Source: Octopus vulgaris (taxonomy: Eukaryota). From it: 64,000 nt of DNA. A program made the position numbers and the translations under genes. Within the stretch, counting starts at the first letter, position 1, and each line of letters starts with the position of its first letter. Shown here one piece after another: positions 39,708 through 55,099 of this stretch. The notes below the pieces were generated by a model, which did no database searches, was not told where the DNA came from, and saw nothing but the letters and a program-made list of their open reading frames with translations. The stretch spans positions 31,248,001 to 31,312,000 of the forward strand of contig OX597823.1 of the NCBI GenBank assembly GCA_951406725.2. Reading direction: 5' to 3'.

Positions 39708-39941
39708 ATATATAATTGTTAAAGAGGACAACAAACGTTAAGGCAAGGCAAACATCTCAAATCATATACATTATTATTATTGGAAAAAAATTCAGTCTTA
39801 CAGCTGTTTCTAGGATATCCCACAGTATGGCATATCCTAAAAACAGCTGTAAGACTGAATTTTTTCCAATAAGAATAATGTATATGACTTGAAATGTTTG
39901 CCTTGCCTTAACGTTTGTTGTCCTCTTTAACAATTATATAT
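39708..39941. repeat. Near-perfect palindrome of about 234 bp
   Basis: Arms of about 110 bp, short spacer, few mismatches. Confidence 0.92.
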
Positions 39942-40702
39942 GTTGGAAAAGTGGATATTTGTGTATATGCCTTGATATTTACTTCGTACACACAAGAACA
40001 AGTTTACTCCGGCTGGCTACTCTTTAAAGTATAATTATCCTCCACAGTTCTGCCCATGAAGAGAATTTCATTATAAACATTGTTTAAACCATACTTAACT
40101 AACCTTGTCGCTTCCGCTAACTACTAATTTGTTACTGACTTAACGTTTGCTTCAAAATATACTTCATAGGTGGAAGAGTGAAGATTTCTGTCCGTCAAAA
40201 ATTAACCAATCACTTATGAAGCATGTCAGGGCAATCTCCTTATTTTCCTGTTTGGGGAAGACAGTATCAAAATGTATTCACATTTATTTACTTTCCACAA
40301 AGAAAGCTTTCACCTAACATTAAATATATTTTAGTTTTTCGATACTATGTCTGTGCAAAAATTGTTTTATTAAATATTTAATCTCGCCAACAAATAAAGT
40401 AATTTCGCCGTTTCCACTAAGTACAAGTTCGTGAATGTTTTAAATATTGTTTGCGAGGATTCATTTCCAAGTAAGAGGGGTGAGTGAAGATATTAACAAG
40501 ATGCATTCACATTTTTTACTTTTCACTATCTAGATATCACAAACTGTAGTCTACACACACACACACATGCGCGCGCACACACGCACTTACACACATACAT
40601 ATTTTTCTTTCTTTATTTTTATTTGTTTCAATCATTGCACTACGGCCATGCTGGGGCACCATCTCTATATTATGTGTGTATGCATGTATGATGTATGATG
40701 TG

Positions 40703-40734
<32 letters not shown>

Positions 40735-40907
40735 TGTATGTATGTATGTATGTATCTATGTATGTATGGATGGATGGATGGATGGATGGATGGATGGATG
40801 GATGGATGGATGATATATGTATGCATGTATGATGTACGCATGAATGTATGTATGCATGTATACATGAGTGTATGTATGATGTATGTATGTATATAAATAT
40901 ATATGCG

Positions 40908-40938
<31 letters not shown>

Positions 40939-40965
40939 GATAGACAGACAGACAGATAGACTGAC

Positions 40966-41038
<73 letters not shown>

Positions 41039-41071
41039 TGGATGGATGGATGGATGGACGGACGGACGGAC

Positions 41072-41143
<72 letters not shown>

Positions 41144-41172
41144 GGATGGATAGATAGATAGATAGATGGATG

Positions 41173-41224
<52 letters not shown>

Positions 41225-42140
41225 TTTTGATTCATTGACGAGAATCTCGCATGGAACAAACATATCTTACCCTGTCAGGTTTTCAATATAGCATATGAAA
41301 TCAGTCGTAGCAAACCAACAGACAAACTACAGCTAGTACATAATTTATCATGTTTTATTAGTAGACGACTAAAGAAGACAGAAAATGGCGGAATAGTACG
41401 GAAACAAAGGAGTTGTTCACGATTATCTCTGTATTTAATTTACACAGACTATCATCCAAGGTTGTATGAAAGAAAACAGTAATACGGGCACCTGTTGATC
41501 ACGTTTTTTTGTCTTGTTTTATATTGTATCTTTATATCTGCACGTTTAGGCATTGTTTTAAATTGTAAACATGCATTCACTGTAGGATGTTCAGTTAAGC
41601 AACAATTGATTTCACTTGATTGTCGAACTTGTAAGAAGGTAAAAGTATATAATTTCTACAAATAGATTCTATTGAAATGTTGTGTAATATTCTCAGCGAA
41701 GTGGATGTGATGTCGACACTGACAACAGATCTATACAGCTATGTGGGGTGGGGGTGGGGGGGCTTGTTCATCTATAATACACATCAGTCCACAAACACGC
41801 AGCAACTTACATGCGCACGATTCTACGAACACTCGCATGCGCGCGCGCACACACATGATGGTCGCTCCCGTTGAAGACAACCTGCACAGATTTTATGTTT
41901 ATAGTGACCAAATGCTTGGGCTATATATACATTAGCTCACTCTCTCTCCATTAAATCGATGAATAGGAGCACGGTGTACCACGTGTCAGGTGTCGAAGGG
42001 ATCGCAGAGCAACGCGAAGTTAAGTGTCTTACTCAAGAACATGATGCACCGCAATGGTCTAGGGATTGAAATCACCATCTTACGATCATGAGTGCAACAC
42101 CTTAGCGACTAGGCTATGTGTCCTCTTTACAAACACACAC

Positions 42141-42225
<85 letters not shown>

Positions 42226-42394
42226 CATTCATATATATATATACACACACATACATATATATACATATATATATGTGTGTGTGTATATATATATATATAT
42301 ACACACACACGAACATACATACATAGATATATGTATATCTATCTCTCTTTCTCTCTCTCTCTCTGACTCTCTCTCTCTCTCTCTGTATATATAC

Positions 42395-42482
<88 letters not shown>

Positions 42483-43452
42483 TAGCATACTAGCAGAAAA
42501 CCACCCTTCGGAGTGTGTGTATATGTATTTGCGTCTGTGTGTGTGTGTGCGTGTGTGTATTCATACTAAAAAGTGTGTGTGAGAGAGACAGAGACAGAGG
42601 GATAGATAGGGGAGAGAGAAGATTGCAAGCAATGAATGAAATAAACATGAAATGAAAAAAATCGTATAAATAAAAGTTCGTTAAAAACTATCTTGTACCG
42701 AATATTTAAATTTGTGGACTTGAAATATTCAATAATAAAAGGAAGATCAGAAAGTAAATTTTCCTGGAAACTTTAATTTATAAAAAATCTCACTTGCTTA
42801 GTAAATATTTCTCTCAGTAATTTATCGTTAGTAAATATTTCTTTCAGTACTATATACGTTTAGAGTGCTAGAAATAGCAGCGATCACATAGTTATTATTG
42901 TAATGCGTATAGCGCTCCAAACAGCCATACCAACAAAATCACTTCTTAATTTTTATAAACAAATTATACCGGTATATTAAAAAAAATTTTTTCATCAAAA
43001 CTAAGCCGCAAAGTTATGGAGCTATCTTGTCTAACAGCATTCTTTCATTCAATTAATATTTTTCTTTACATTACGTATATAGAATAAACCGTGAGTTTTG
43101 CAAATAGCAAATTAAAGCTTGAAATGAATATATATTAAATTATCATTAATGAAAACAGAGGCAACAGAGCGTGAGGGATTGTTGCAAATGAAAACGGAAC
43201 AAATGAAAGCGGAACAAATGAAAACGGAACGAATTAATATCATTTATTAAATCTACCCCGCAGTGAATGCAGCGACTATTTAAATTTGTGAAGAACTTTC
43301 AGTTCAAATATTCAATAAACTTCAGAAATCGAAATTATAGGAAATTTCATGGAACATCTATATTAGGAATTTATTAAAAAATTTCCAGACGGTCAAGCTT
43401 TTATTTTATTAACTGTTATATACCTAATTAATAAGCAGCTTTCTCCATTATA

Positions 43453-43509
<57 letters not shown>

Positions 43510-44771
43510 CATACACACATATATATAAATATATATATATAAACCTTTCATGACATAAGCCTAAGATCTAAGAGGTGATTTATAAACACATTCCGGCCAT
43601 CTCTGCATTATTGCTCAACGCAGGGTATACATTGCTGGTACTGCTACTATACTAAATAACAGCTTTGTGTGAATCCCACCCTCTGGTAGATGATGATGAC
43701 TGCTTGGCTACATTAATGTTATTGGTCAAAGATACACATGAAACGAAGAAGTTACTAAAGCAAATGGGGGACAGATATACTTAGTATTCCGTGGCGAGAC
43801 ACATTTCGGTTGAAAGAAGAATACATATTGCTTCTTTCCTGTTTCTCTCTCAATTGCTGAACCTTTAACGATCATACAGCGTTAATAGTTCAGTAATATT
43901 CTATGACAAGAAGTGAAAAAGGAAAAACATACTCGTACAATCCGTGACTTTTGAAATGTCTCGCTGCGTAAAATGGTTAATTCGACGTAATTTTCTTTTC
44001 TTTAAGATACGTTATGCTGATGATTTCAAAAAAGGGTGAAATGGCGTTATACATGGCTACCTGTGACTGAAGAGTTGGAGCAAAAATTCTGTATGTATAT
44101 TCTGTGCATCTTCTTCGTTACTCTTCGATTTAAAATTCAAACTTCTAGCTCACCCTGATTAATTTGCTATCAGTGAACATCTCACGCACATACATACAGA
44201 CGCGCGCGCGCATATATATTTCTTTCGGTTTCAGCCGAAAGCTGTTGATAGGCTGAGACACCGCCGTTATATATATACATATATACATACACACACACAC
44301 ATATATGTGTGTGTATATATATATATACAGTATATATATGGCAGTTTGGAGATGTTTGTCTGGGGTGATTCATATCGGACGGGTATGTTCGATTTTTTAG
44401 TGCTTTCAGATCCAAATTAAGAAATGTTGAGCTGACGAAAGAAATGTCGAGTTTTAATTCGACTAATCTAGAAACATGAGCATTCTCAAATAATCTTTGT
44501 ACATGTGATATTTTGCTGTTTTCCCTCCATATCTACGTGAATTATTTTTGAGTAAACACTATCTGGGAGACTTTCTTAAAGTAGTAGAAATGGCTAAAAA
44601 ACTTTTTGGCTGCTATTTCTAAAAATTTCAGTATGTGGCAAAGTAAATTATTTTACTGAGCCCTAATTATATAACGTAATATTTTGAATATGCCTTGAAT
44701 GGTCCTTTTACATACTGAACACTACTTGGTGACATTAATTAATAATTAATTGATTTTACCCTTTATTATTG

Positions 44772-44853
<82 letters not shown>

Positions 44854-45101
44854 GCATGTATATATATGTTTGTGTGTGTTGATACGTATTAGTTGATTCA
44901 GTCATGTGATTGCGGCTATACTGGAGCATCACATTTTAGTCGAACAAATGGATCCTAGAACTTATTGATTTCATAGCCTGGTACTTATTCTATCGGTTGT
45001 TTAACCGAACCGCTAGTTTATGGAGACATAAACACACCATTACCGGTTGTAAAGCAGTGATGAGGGGGCAAACACAAAGACACACACATACATATATATA
45101 T

Positions 45102-45184
<83 letters not shown>

Positions 45185-45389
45185 AACAAAAGGGTTTATA
45201 GTGCTGCAAAAAAAAGTGCTTAAATATAATTGAGAGAGAGATGCACTTTAACTGTTATCGAACAACGGCAATGAACTCCCGAAATGGCCATGAGTATGTT
45301 TTTATTCCAGGTTCACAAACAAAACTGTCCCACGAACGGGGACGTGAAATTCTGAGTGATAATTTTTGTGATATTTTGCGTCTTTTTAG

Positions 45390-45471
<82 letters not shown>

Positions 45472-45921
45472 TGCAAATATGTACATACATATATATGTAT
45501 ATACATATTTTCATATATGGGTACAGGACGAAATACGAAAACATGGAATACGAAATTTTGCGAACAACAAAAGAAACTCAAGATAGGAAAAGAAAGATGG
45601 CCGATGGTCTAGTCCGAGCAACGAAAGAGCAAAGGAGGAAGAGTGAGGGAGAGAGAGGGACAGACAGAGATCCGGGAAGGGAAGAGGAAAAGAATTACAG
45701 AAAGGATGAGAGAGAAAAACGAAAGGGGGAGAGGAGATAAAAAGAACTAGAGAAAGGAAGAGAGAGGAAACGAAAGGGGAGAGGGAAGGAGAAATAGAAA
45801 TAAAAATAGAGATAGTAATTGAACAATAAGAGTCGCATCGAAATTACTAACATAAAACTTACTTGGAAATGAATGCGTGGCGTTCAATCATATAATAATA
45901 TAATATAATATAATATAATAT

Positions 45922-46017
<96 letters not shown>

Positions 46018-46034
46018 GCATATACACATATATA

Positions 46035-46585
46035 TTGGATTGTCCGCAAAGTTCGTGCGGACAAATATCAATAAATACTTGCCATTACATTTTTAATCAA
46101 CCAAATATGAACCATTTTGTCGCACAATGCGCCTCCATCTTTCCTTTAACTTGAAAATACCCTCTTCCCAGAACTGAGGTGGTTTCATGGCAACTAAGTC
46201 ATAAAGGTATCTTCTTACTTAATCCAATGAAGTGAAATTTTCACCACTAAGACTATTCTGCAGAGACCTGAATAGGTGGAAATCCGAAGGAGCAATATCT
46301 GGTGAATGTGTAAGGGGGTGTAATACATCCCAGCCGATCTGCGGCAATTTTTGTCTGGTTCCCAAAGCACCAAGTGCCGAAAATGAACTTTCTCATCTTC
46401 CATTTTACAGGATTACAGAATTAACACAGGTTATAGGAACACAAACCTTCTTCCACGAAAAGATAGCTTAAACAGTGCTCTAAATGGAGGTGTAGTCAAA
46501 TCGTATTTTATGGACTCAACCATGTTCTAAAATAAGTCGAAAATTAAGCTACTATAAATCGGCACGAACTTTCCGGACTACCCAA
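46035..46585 (-). mobile_element. Internally deleted mariner element
   Basis: Imperfect TIRs of about 28 bp with TA flanks; remnants MEDEKVHFRH, GWDVL..SPDIAPSDFHLFRSL and FWEEGIFKLKERW. Confidence 0.85.
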
Positions 46586-46612
46586 TATATACATACACTA
46601 GTACGTACATAC

Positions 46613-46718
<106 letters not shown>

Positions 46719-46747
46719 ACATACAAACATACCTACATAAATACGTA

Positions 46748-46858
46748 CTTCGAATGACCCGTCCTTGTTTGCTTTGTATCGTCTATCTGGATGTTATTTG
46801 TCCGTTTTGTAGCACCTGCGTTCTTGTCCCAAAGAAAACAAGGACGGGTCATTCGAAG
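46748..46858. repeat. 23-bp perfect inverted repeat CTTCGAATGACCCGTCCTTGTTT; related sequence at 47262-47375
   Basis: Read directly from the sequence. Confidence 0.8.
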
Positions 46859-47381
46859 CCCTCTATCCTCAGTCAAGCACCAGATTATCCTTGCATTAGA
46901 TTCCTTGGAAGAAACAACGAATGTATACAAAAACAAGGACAGAAAATACAATAACATATACAATATACAATAATAATAGGACATAACAACGGGTGTCTTT
47001 CGACTAAGAACGAATAGAATTAAGCTGGCGCGTGTGGAAATGAAGCCTTACGGCAGAGATACAATGATTTCACAAACACAGGGAAGAATATCGATGTTGC
47101 ACGGACAACGGTCAGATCAAGAAAGAAAGAGAAGGCTTGGCCGATCGGTCACGTGGGAAGAGAAGAGAGAGAAGTAGAAGCAGAGGAACATATATATATA
47201 TATAAGAGATCAAAGTGTACGTACGCCGCTATATTTTAATATATAAAAAATACACAAATGGTGGGTCATTCGGAGTTTTCCGTCCTTGTTTTCTTTGTAT
47301 CGTCTGTCTGGATGTGTTGTAGTCCCTTTTTTGTATCACCTAACTGTCTGGATGTTTTGCGATCTCGTCCCATTTGTGTAT

Positions 47382-47430
<49 letters not shown>

Positions 47431-47566
47431 ATATGAATTAGAGGTGCTGAAACCTCTAAGGGATAGATGTATCCAGAGGCACTCCTGGTGATTACCTCAG
47501 TATGTATGGTCCTTGTTATAAGGTATACGGCAGCAGGTAATTTAAAAGGTAAACCGTAGTTTAATG

Positions 47567-47756
47567 TATATAAAGACGATAAGAAAATGGAGAAATAAAT
47601 AACAATGAAAAGTGGATCTTAAGTATTATAAAGCCATTATTTTATTAATCAAGTAAGATAGGAGTATGATACTCCCATCTTAATTAATTAAATAATGGCT
47701 TTATAGCACCAAAATCTACTTCTCATTGTGATTTATTTCTCCATTTCTTGATCGTC

Positions 47757-47762
<6 letters not shown>
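47567..47762. repeat. Imperfect palindrome of about 195 bp
   Basis: GACGAT..AAATGGAGAAATAAAT..TATAAAGCCATTATTT mirrored by AAATAATGGCTTTATA..ATTTATTTCTCCATTT..ATCGTC. Confidence 0.8.
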
Positions 47763-47808
<46 letters not shown>

Positions 47809-47809
47809 T

Positions 47810-50290
47810 CATGTTTATTATGTTCTAGTGAATTTAAAGAAATAAAGTTTAATAATCATAATAAATTAGCTAATTCATTAGACGAGCGTAAAATTAAATG
47901 TAGACACAAATTACATAACTTATGTAATAAATTTTTAGATAAATAGTGAGTATATTTAAACCCTATTTTTGTTTCTAATTTGTAGTTATAATTTGTACTA
48001 GTATTAAATCTATAATTTAGCATGTGATTATATATTTTATATTACATAATTAAATAAATTTAAATTAAATATTTATTATTAAATAGATAAATAAATTAAT
48101 TAATTAATTAAGAGTTGTAGTTGTAGGTTTGTAGGATGTTTTGAATATAAGTTAATAAGAGTTAGTAAAGGTTTTTTACATACTTAGAGTTAGATTATAT
48201 CTTGATGTTTATTTAATTACTAAATATATAATTTATTTAATGAATATAGATTAAAAGATAGTTATTTCATTATTTTGTTGTTATTGTTGTTGTTATTATT
48301 ATTATACTTATTATATGTGTGCTAAAATTAATAGTATTAAGTATTTTGTTGGGGAAATAGTTTTTGCAACGTTAAATAATTTTGAATATGTAGTAAAAGT
48401 TTTATCTTTATGTACTATTTATTTATAATAATAATATGTACTTTATTTATTTAATTAAGGAGCGAAGTATTTGATCTAAATATAAATTAATTTATTTATA
48501 TAATAAGTTTAATTTATTACTTAGGATTTGTTTTGAATATTAATTTGATATATAATATACATTTGATGTAAACGACAGTCTAGTTTATGGTTTGTAATAA
48601 TTTTTTTATATATATTAGTAAACATGACATTGTATTATATATTTCAAATTAGATTTATTTAGATGTTTATTTAATTCATTAATTAATTAATGAATATTAA
48701 TTCCATTATAGTTTTTAAATTAACTTAAGTTTATTAAATTAGTGGCTATAATATTGATACTGATTGAATTAGTACTGAGTTTATATAGAATGGGTCTAAA
48801 AGTTGTTTTGTTCGAATAAAAGTTGGGCTCCAGCGGAACCATATTTATATATATGAAACAAATAAATTTGTATAAGAGTATTAGAGAATATACAGTAAAT
48901 TGTAGTTATATAAATTAATTTTACTATATGGTGATTTGAGTATATTTTATCGTAGTTAATTCTAAATTTTAGTTTTCTCGTGAATGATATTCTAGTGTAT
49001 AGTGATTTTATACTCTCTTAGAGATTTTATTCTCTTTTTCTGTTAAAGCTAAAATATATTTGTAATTTTCATTGATAAAATGTATATTTCCATCTGTTTT
49101 CTCTATTTCTTTAAGCAACGTAATTCACGAGTAATTTATAAACGCTAAATAAGACGTTTTTCGTTTTGAAATTTTTTAGTTAATAATACAACTTCTGGAG
49201 AGATAAGTAGACTTTTTTTATTTAAGAAATATTATTGTACACTATATAAGTATTGATTGTTAAATATGAATTTGTAATTTTTTACTTGTTAATGATAATT
49301 TAGATATGTACATTTATTTAATTATTATTTTTTATAATTATTATATCTGAACCTATATTTTAGAATATTAGTTAGTCACTTTGGGATCTAGATCGTAAAA
49401 ACGTTTTAATTTAACTAAAAGTTTCTTATTATATTTCTGGTATTATAACATTTAATAATAATAGTAATAATAAGTATTTTATAAAGATAAGTTATACGTT
49501 TTTACTTTGGAATTTTTCAATTCTTATTTTTTATTTCACAAATATTTTCGAAAGTTATCTATAATATTTATTTATGTACGTAATAATGGACTAATTTATT
49601 TATTGTTTATATGTTTATTGATAGAAAAAATATAGATATAATTACTATATTTATTGACTATAATTTAGATACTTATTTTTATATATTTATTATTTTATAA
49701 TTATTATATGCGAACTAAAATCTAAAAGTATTAAGAGTGGTTGTTTTGTAAAATAGATTGGTAATTAAACATTAGAGTATAACTAGGTTAAAGATATTCT
49801 ATAGTTTATTAATATTTTTTATTAAGCTAAATTATATCTTCACAGATAAATGCATTTTTCTATCTATTTACTCTATATTTTTACCTTAAATATTTAACAT
49901 AAATAAATGTATTGTAGGAAATTGGTCCTAATGTTTTAAGTTTCAAATTTAGTTAATGGAGTTTCTTCTATAAGAAAAATCATTATTTTATTTTTTTAAT
50001 AAATATTGTTTAATTCTATTTCCATATTCATTTAACTATTATTGTTAACCTGAAGAGTAACTATAATTGTAAATTGAATTGATTTTCGATTAAATATAAA
50101 ATTAATTGTAATTCGAATTTAATTATAGCCATGAAACGTACGTAGTTTTTTTTACTTATTATATATTGATTATACATTTTTATACTTTTTGTGATATAGT
50201 TATATATTTTATAAAAATATTTTAAAATTTTTATTTAGGATTTGGTTTATGTCTATCATTGTTTGAATTGCATGATAGTGGTTTTTTCTC
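47810..50290 (-). pseudogene. Extremely AT-rich decayed Penelope-like element
   Basis: Ordered minus-strand remnants FRPIL (48800), MFTNI (48620), TINFS (48325) and VCKKP...INLYSKHP (48180-48130); hammerhead-like motif on the plus strand at 50047-50147. Confidence 0.5.
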
Positions 50291-50371
50291 TAATTTATAT
50301 ATATACATATATACATGTGCATATATACATAATATATGTGTATATATATATATATATATAGATATACATAG

Positions 50372-50444
<73 letters not shown>

Positions 50445-50459
50445 TAGATAGATAGATAT

Positions 50460-50576
<117 letters not shown>

Positions 50577-50619
50577 GATATATAAATACATAGATACACA
50601 CAAACATATACATACATAC

Positions 50620-50659
<40 letters not shown>

Positions 50660-50661
<2 letters not shown>

Positions 50662-50845
50662 GGAGATTTTACCCAAAAATCAAAAGACGAAGACAGATGG
50701 TGTAGAAACCAAATAGATGTATTAGTATAACGCTCGGGAAGTGAAAAAGCCTTTAACGTTTGGAGCCTACGCTCATCCACATAAAGGAACACAGAAATAA
50801 ACAAGGAGAGAAAATAAAGAATGTGTAGTGGCTAGCGATCTATCA
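50660..50845 (-). mobile_element. Solo 3' end of the Neptune-like PLE family with a degenerate hammerhead
   Basis: Homologous to 15125-15336 and 59515-59657; flanked by (TA)n. Confidence 0.8.
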
Positions 50846-50872
50846 TATATATATATATACATATATATATAT

Positions 50873-51639
50873 GGAACCGCTCACAGGGGAACCGCTCACA
50901 GGGGAACCGCTCACAGCCTCTAACAATATCAAAGACCTGGGTGTAATTGTTGATGACGATCTCAGTTGGAGTGCACACATCAACAAGAAGGTCGATATAG
51001 CTCGTAGGATGAGTTCCTGGATCTTAAGAACTTTCCGGTCCAGAGAACAAGGTGTCATCATACCACTTTTTTCCTCCTTTGTACGGCCACACCTTGAATA
51101 CTGCTGCCCACTGTGGTCTCCTCACACAAGACAAAACATCTCCAGAATTGAGTCACCCCAGAGGGCACTCACTAAACAAATTGAAGGCATGGCTGCTCTC
51201 GATTATTGGGATCGCCTTAAAGCCTTGAAACTTTACTCCCTCCAGCGTCGCCGTGAGTGGTACATCATTTGTACGATGTGGAAAATATACCGCCAACTTT
51301 GCCCAAACGACCTAAACATTAGCTTCAAGGTTCATCCAAGACTTGGACCACGGGCTATACGTCCCCTGCCCAATTCAAGATCACAACATACATGTACACT
51401 GCAACATAATTTCTTTTCCTCACAGGATCCCATCAACTTTAAACAGAGTCTGGATAGATTCCTTCAAAGAATACCAGATAAGCCACCCATAATTGGATAC
51501 AACTCACCCAACAAGAACTCACTACTTGAACAAAACTTGACTTAAACAGGATTCGAATAATCCTATCAGGTGGTGCTATTAAGTTAGACATGGCCTGGAC
51601 CAATCTTTGGTCGAAACATATCTAAGTTTATCTAAGTCT

Positions 51640-51645
<6 letters not shown>
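50873..51645 (+). mobile_element. 5'-truncated CR1-group LINE 3' fragment
   Basis: KDLGVIVDDDLSWSAHI...FVRPHLEYCCPLWSPH...LKLYSLQRRR; 15-bp triplication at the 5' junction; TCTAAGT tail repeats. Confidence 0.85.
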
Positions 51646-51718
<73 letters not shown>

Positions 51719-52476
51719 TGTATACAGGGTGTTTCATAATGATCAGACGCATACTTTTGTTATACATTATTCATATCCCTTAAGTAATGTTGTAGTCGAT
51801 GAAATGGCCACACACCCATTTCGACAAAAAAAAAAAAGAGTCACCGTTAGTGTGAATCGGGTATATGGTGCAATGAGGTGGACTATAGAGTTGCCACGTA
51901 CAAAACCATAGAATTTTATTATTACCGGGTATATAGTCAAGCCAATGATTCTCTGACCTTATTTTTCAATTCCGGGTGGTGAAAAGGAAAAAGAAAAGGT
52001 AAGAGAAAAGAACGCTGTCGACGTCACACGGGCATGAACTCAAAACACAAAGATGACGACGACGACAATAACATTAACAACAACAACAAGGACATTAGTA
52101 AAACTAGTATTAAGTATGAAATGAATTGTAAAAAGCGAACAGTCAGCATCTATTGTTATGGCTGGTATGTCATTTGTTGTTGTAGTTATTATTGTTGTTG
52201 TTGTCGAAACTGGACATTAAGTGCAGTGATGTGAGTCTAGCATACGCTGAGAGGGTTTGAGTACTTGAATACATTAGAAGTCAACACCAGAATAATGTGT
52301 GTCAGCTCTGCCTCTTCTCTCGGGTTATTCGGTGCATTTCTGTACAACAACCACACACTAAGCTAATTATGAAAATAATAATAAGGCCTACAAAGTACAC
52401 GCACTCATCACACACACACATACGTAAATACATTCAGAATATATATATATATAGACGTTTAGCATTTCTCTCTCTC

Positions 52477-52522
<46 letters not shown>

Positions 52523-52527
52523 TACAT

Positions 52528-52558
<31 letters not shown>

Positions 52559-53564
52559 CATATAATGTATGTATGTAATAATGTATGTATTCATACACAG
52601 ACACTCACACATCTCTTACATATGTAGGTGTGTGTGTGTATACACGCCCACTGAAATACCTATGTTATGTATGCATATGTATGTATGTATGTATGTATCT
52701 AAGTAAGTAAGCATGGATATATATATATATATATACATACACTGATACGCACACATCACTTGTATATGTAGTGTGTATATATATAAATACACACGCCCAC
52801 TAAAATACCTATGCTATGTATGCATGCGTAAGTTTGTGTGTGGGTGTGTATATATAATTATATATATGTGTGTGTGTATAAATGTATGTATATACACACA
52901 CATACACACAAGTCCACACAGATTCTTGCATTGTGTATGCATACGTAATTTCGTGTATAAGCCTACATGTGTGCGTAGGTATGCATGTGTGTGCGTGTGT
53001 GTGCGTGTGTGTGTGTGTATGTGCGTGTGTGTGTGTGTGTGTTTGTGTTTCTTCTGTGGTGCCTACGTAAATATACTTTCCTGGCATGTGTTGAAGAGTA
53101 CAGCCGAAAATTGAGGTCCTATTATCAGCAGCGTGTGTTGGAATATGTAGAGAATATGATGTGACGATGCGAATGGAAAAGAACTAAAATGACATTAAAT
53201 AAGAATAGTTGAGGTGAGAAATTCAATAGAATTGCTTCTTGCTACACATTGAAATACGTTTAGTTTAATAATCATGTTGGAAACAAGATTACATAAATAA
53301 TTGATGATAGCGAAGTACGTACAGGAGCAGACCAGCGGATTAGGAATGATGACGATAATGACAACAACAACAGCAACAGCAACAACACTAGCAACGATAA
53401 TCACGTCAACAACAATAACAACATCATCAATAACAACAACGACAATAACAATTTCAACTTCGACAATCATAACACTAATAATAATAACAATAATAACGGA
53501 GTAGAAATATTAGCAAATGAAGATGGTGGATGATAAAAATATAATGCTTGCAAAAACATTAATG

Positions 53565-53613
<49 letters not shown>

Positions 53614-53620
53614 TAATAAC

Positions 53621-53664
<44 letters not shown>

Positions 53665-53676
53665 TGATAATAATGA

Positions 53677-53710
<34 letters not shown>

Positions 53711-53736
53711 GCTACTACTACTACTACTACTACTAC

Positions 53737-53790
<54 letters not shown>

Positions 53791-53798
53791 TAATAATG

Positions 53799-53832
<34 letters not shown>

Positions 53833-54121
53833 CAACAATAACCGCAATAATAATAATTGTGATGATGATGTTGATGATTTTTAAAAACTATATTTTCAAA
53901 TAATAATGATCATATTGCTGATTATATTTTTTTGATAAAGCAGTAATAACGTCAAGATCAATAAAAGCAACGATAACAGTAACAAGAATGATAAGAATGA
54001 TTTCAAATGTTTGGCACGAGGCCAGCAATATTGGAGGGGATGGCGAGTAAGTCGAATACATCGACCCCAGTGCATCAACTGGTACTCATTTTATCGACCA
54101 CAAAAGGATGAAATAATAATA

Positions 54122-54156
<35 letters not shown>

Positions 54157-54193
54157 CAACAACAACAACAACAGCAACAACAACAACAACAAC

Positions 54194-54224
<31 letters not shown>

Positions 54225-54238
54225 GTAATAATAATAAC

Positions 54239-54363
<125 letters not shown>

Positions 54364-54374
54364 TAATAATAATA

Positions 54375-54995
54375 AAAAACACAAACCACCCCCAGTGCTT
54401 GAAAGTGATCACATCTCACTCCTCTGGAACTTCACCATTCAAACTGACAGAAAGATAGATGCGAATAGGCCAGACAACGATGCGAGTAGGCCAGACAACA
54501 TATTGAAAGACTTCAGAAAAAAATCATGCTTCCTCATTGATATGACTGTCCCAATCGTTATAAACTTATCTGTCAAGACCTACCAAAAACTGAGCAAATA
54601 TAAAGATCTTGAAATAGAAATTAGCAAAATGTGGAACCTGAAGACTAAAACAAGACCTGTTGTCATAGGTGCCCTGGGAATGATAGCAAAAGGGGCTGAT
54701 TACTACCTAGCTCAGATACAAGGAAACCCCAAAATGGCAGAAATTCAAAAGATAGTGCTCATGGGAACTGCTCATATCCTACGCAAAATACTTTCTATGT
54801 AATCTCAAGTTTTAAAACAAACATAATTTTCTTATGGATCTTAAACATTCTCTAGAACAACACTATGTACAAAAACGAAATATATGGCACCCTAGGCATA
54901 ACACCAACATGAACTTCCAACTTGTTGTCTCTTGAGGTCTCTGGGTGAGACCTGGAGCCAACTTGTACAAATGTAAAGCAAAAGTCAAGCATAAA
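54375..54995 (+). mobile_element. R4/Dong-like RLE-domain 3' fragment (second subfamily) within (AAT)n
   Basis: LLWNFTIQTD..IDANRPD...CFLIDMTVP...KLSKYKDL...VVIGALG...GTAHILRK. Confidence 0.85.
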
Positions 54996-55019
54996 ATAAT
55001 AATAATAATAATAATAATG

Positions 55020-55099
<80 letters not shown>

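Noticed and set aside
42481-42515. Possible Helitron 3' end (CTAG plus hairpin) on the minus strand
   Set aside because: Matching 5' end could not be located
47810-50290. Mitochondrial insertion (NUMT) as the explanation for the AT richness
   Set aside because: No mitochondrial gene, rRNA or tRNA recognised by eye, whereas RT-like remnants are in order; not excluded without a search
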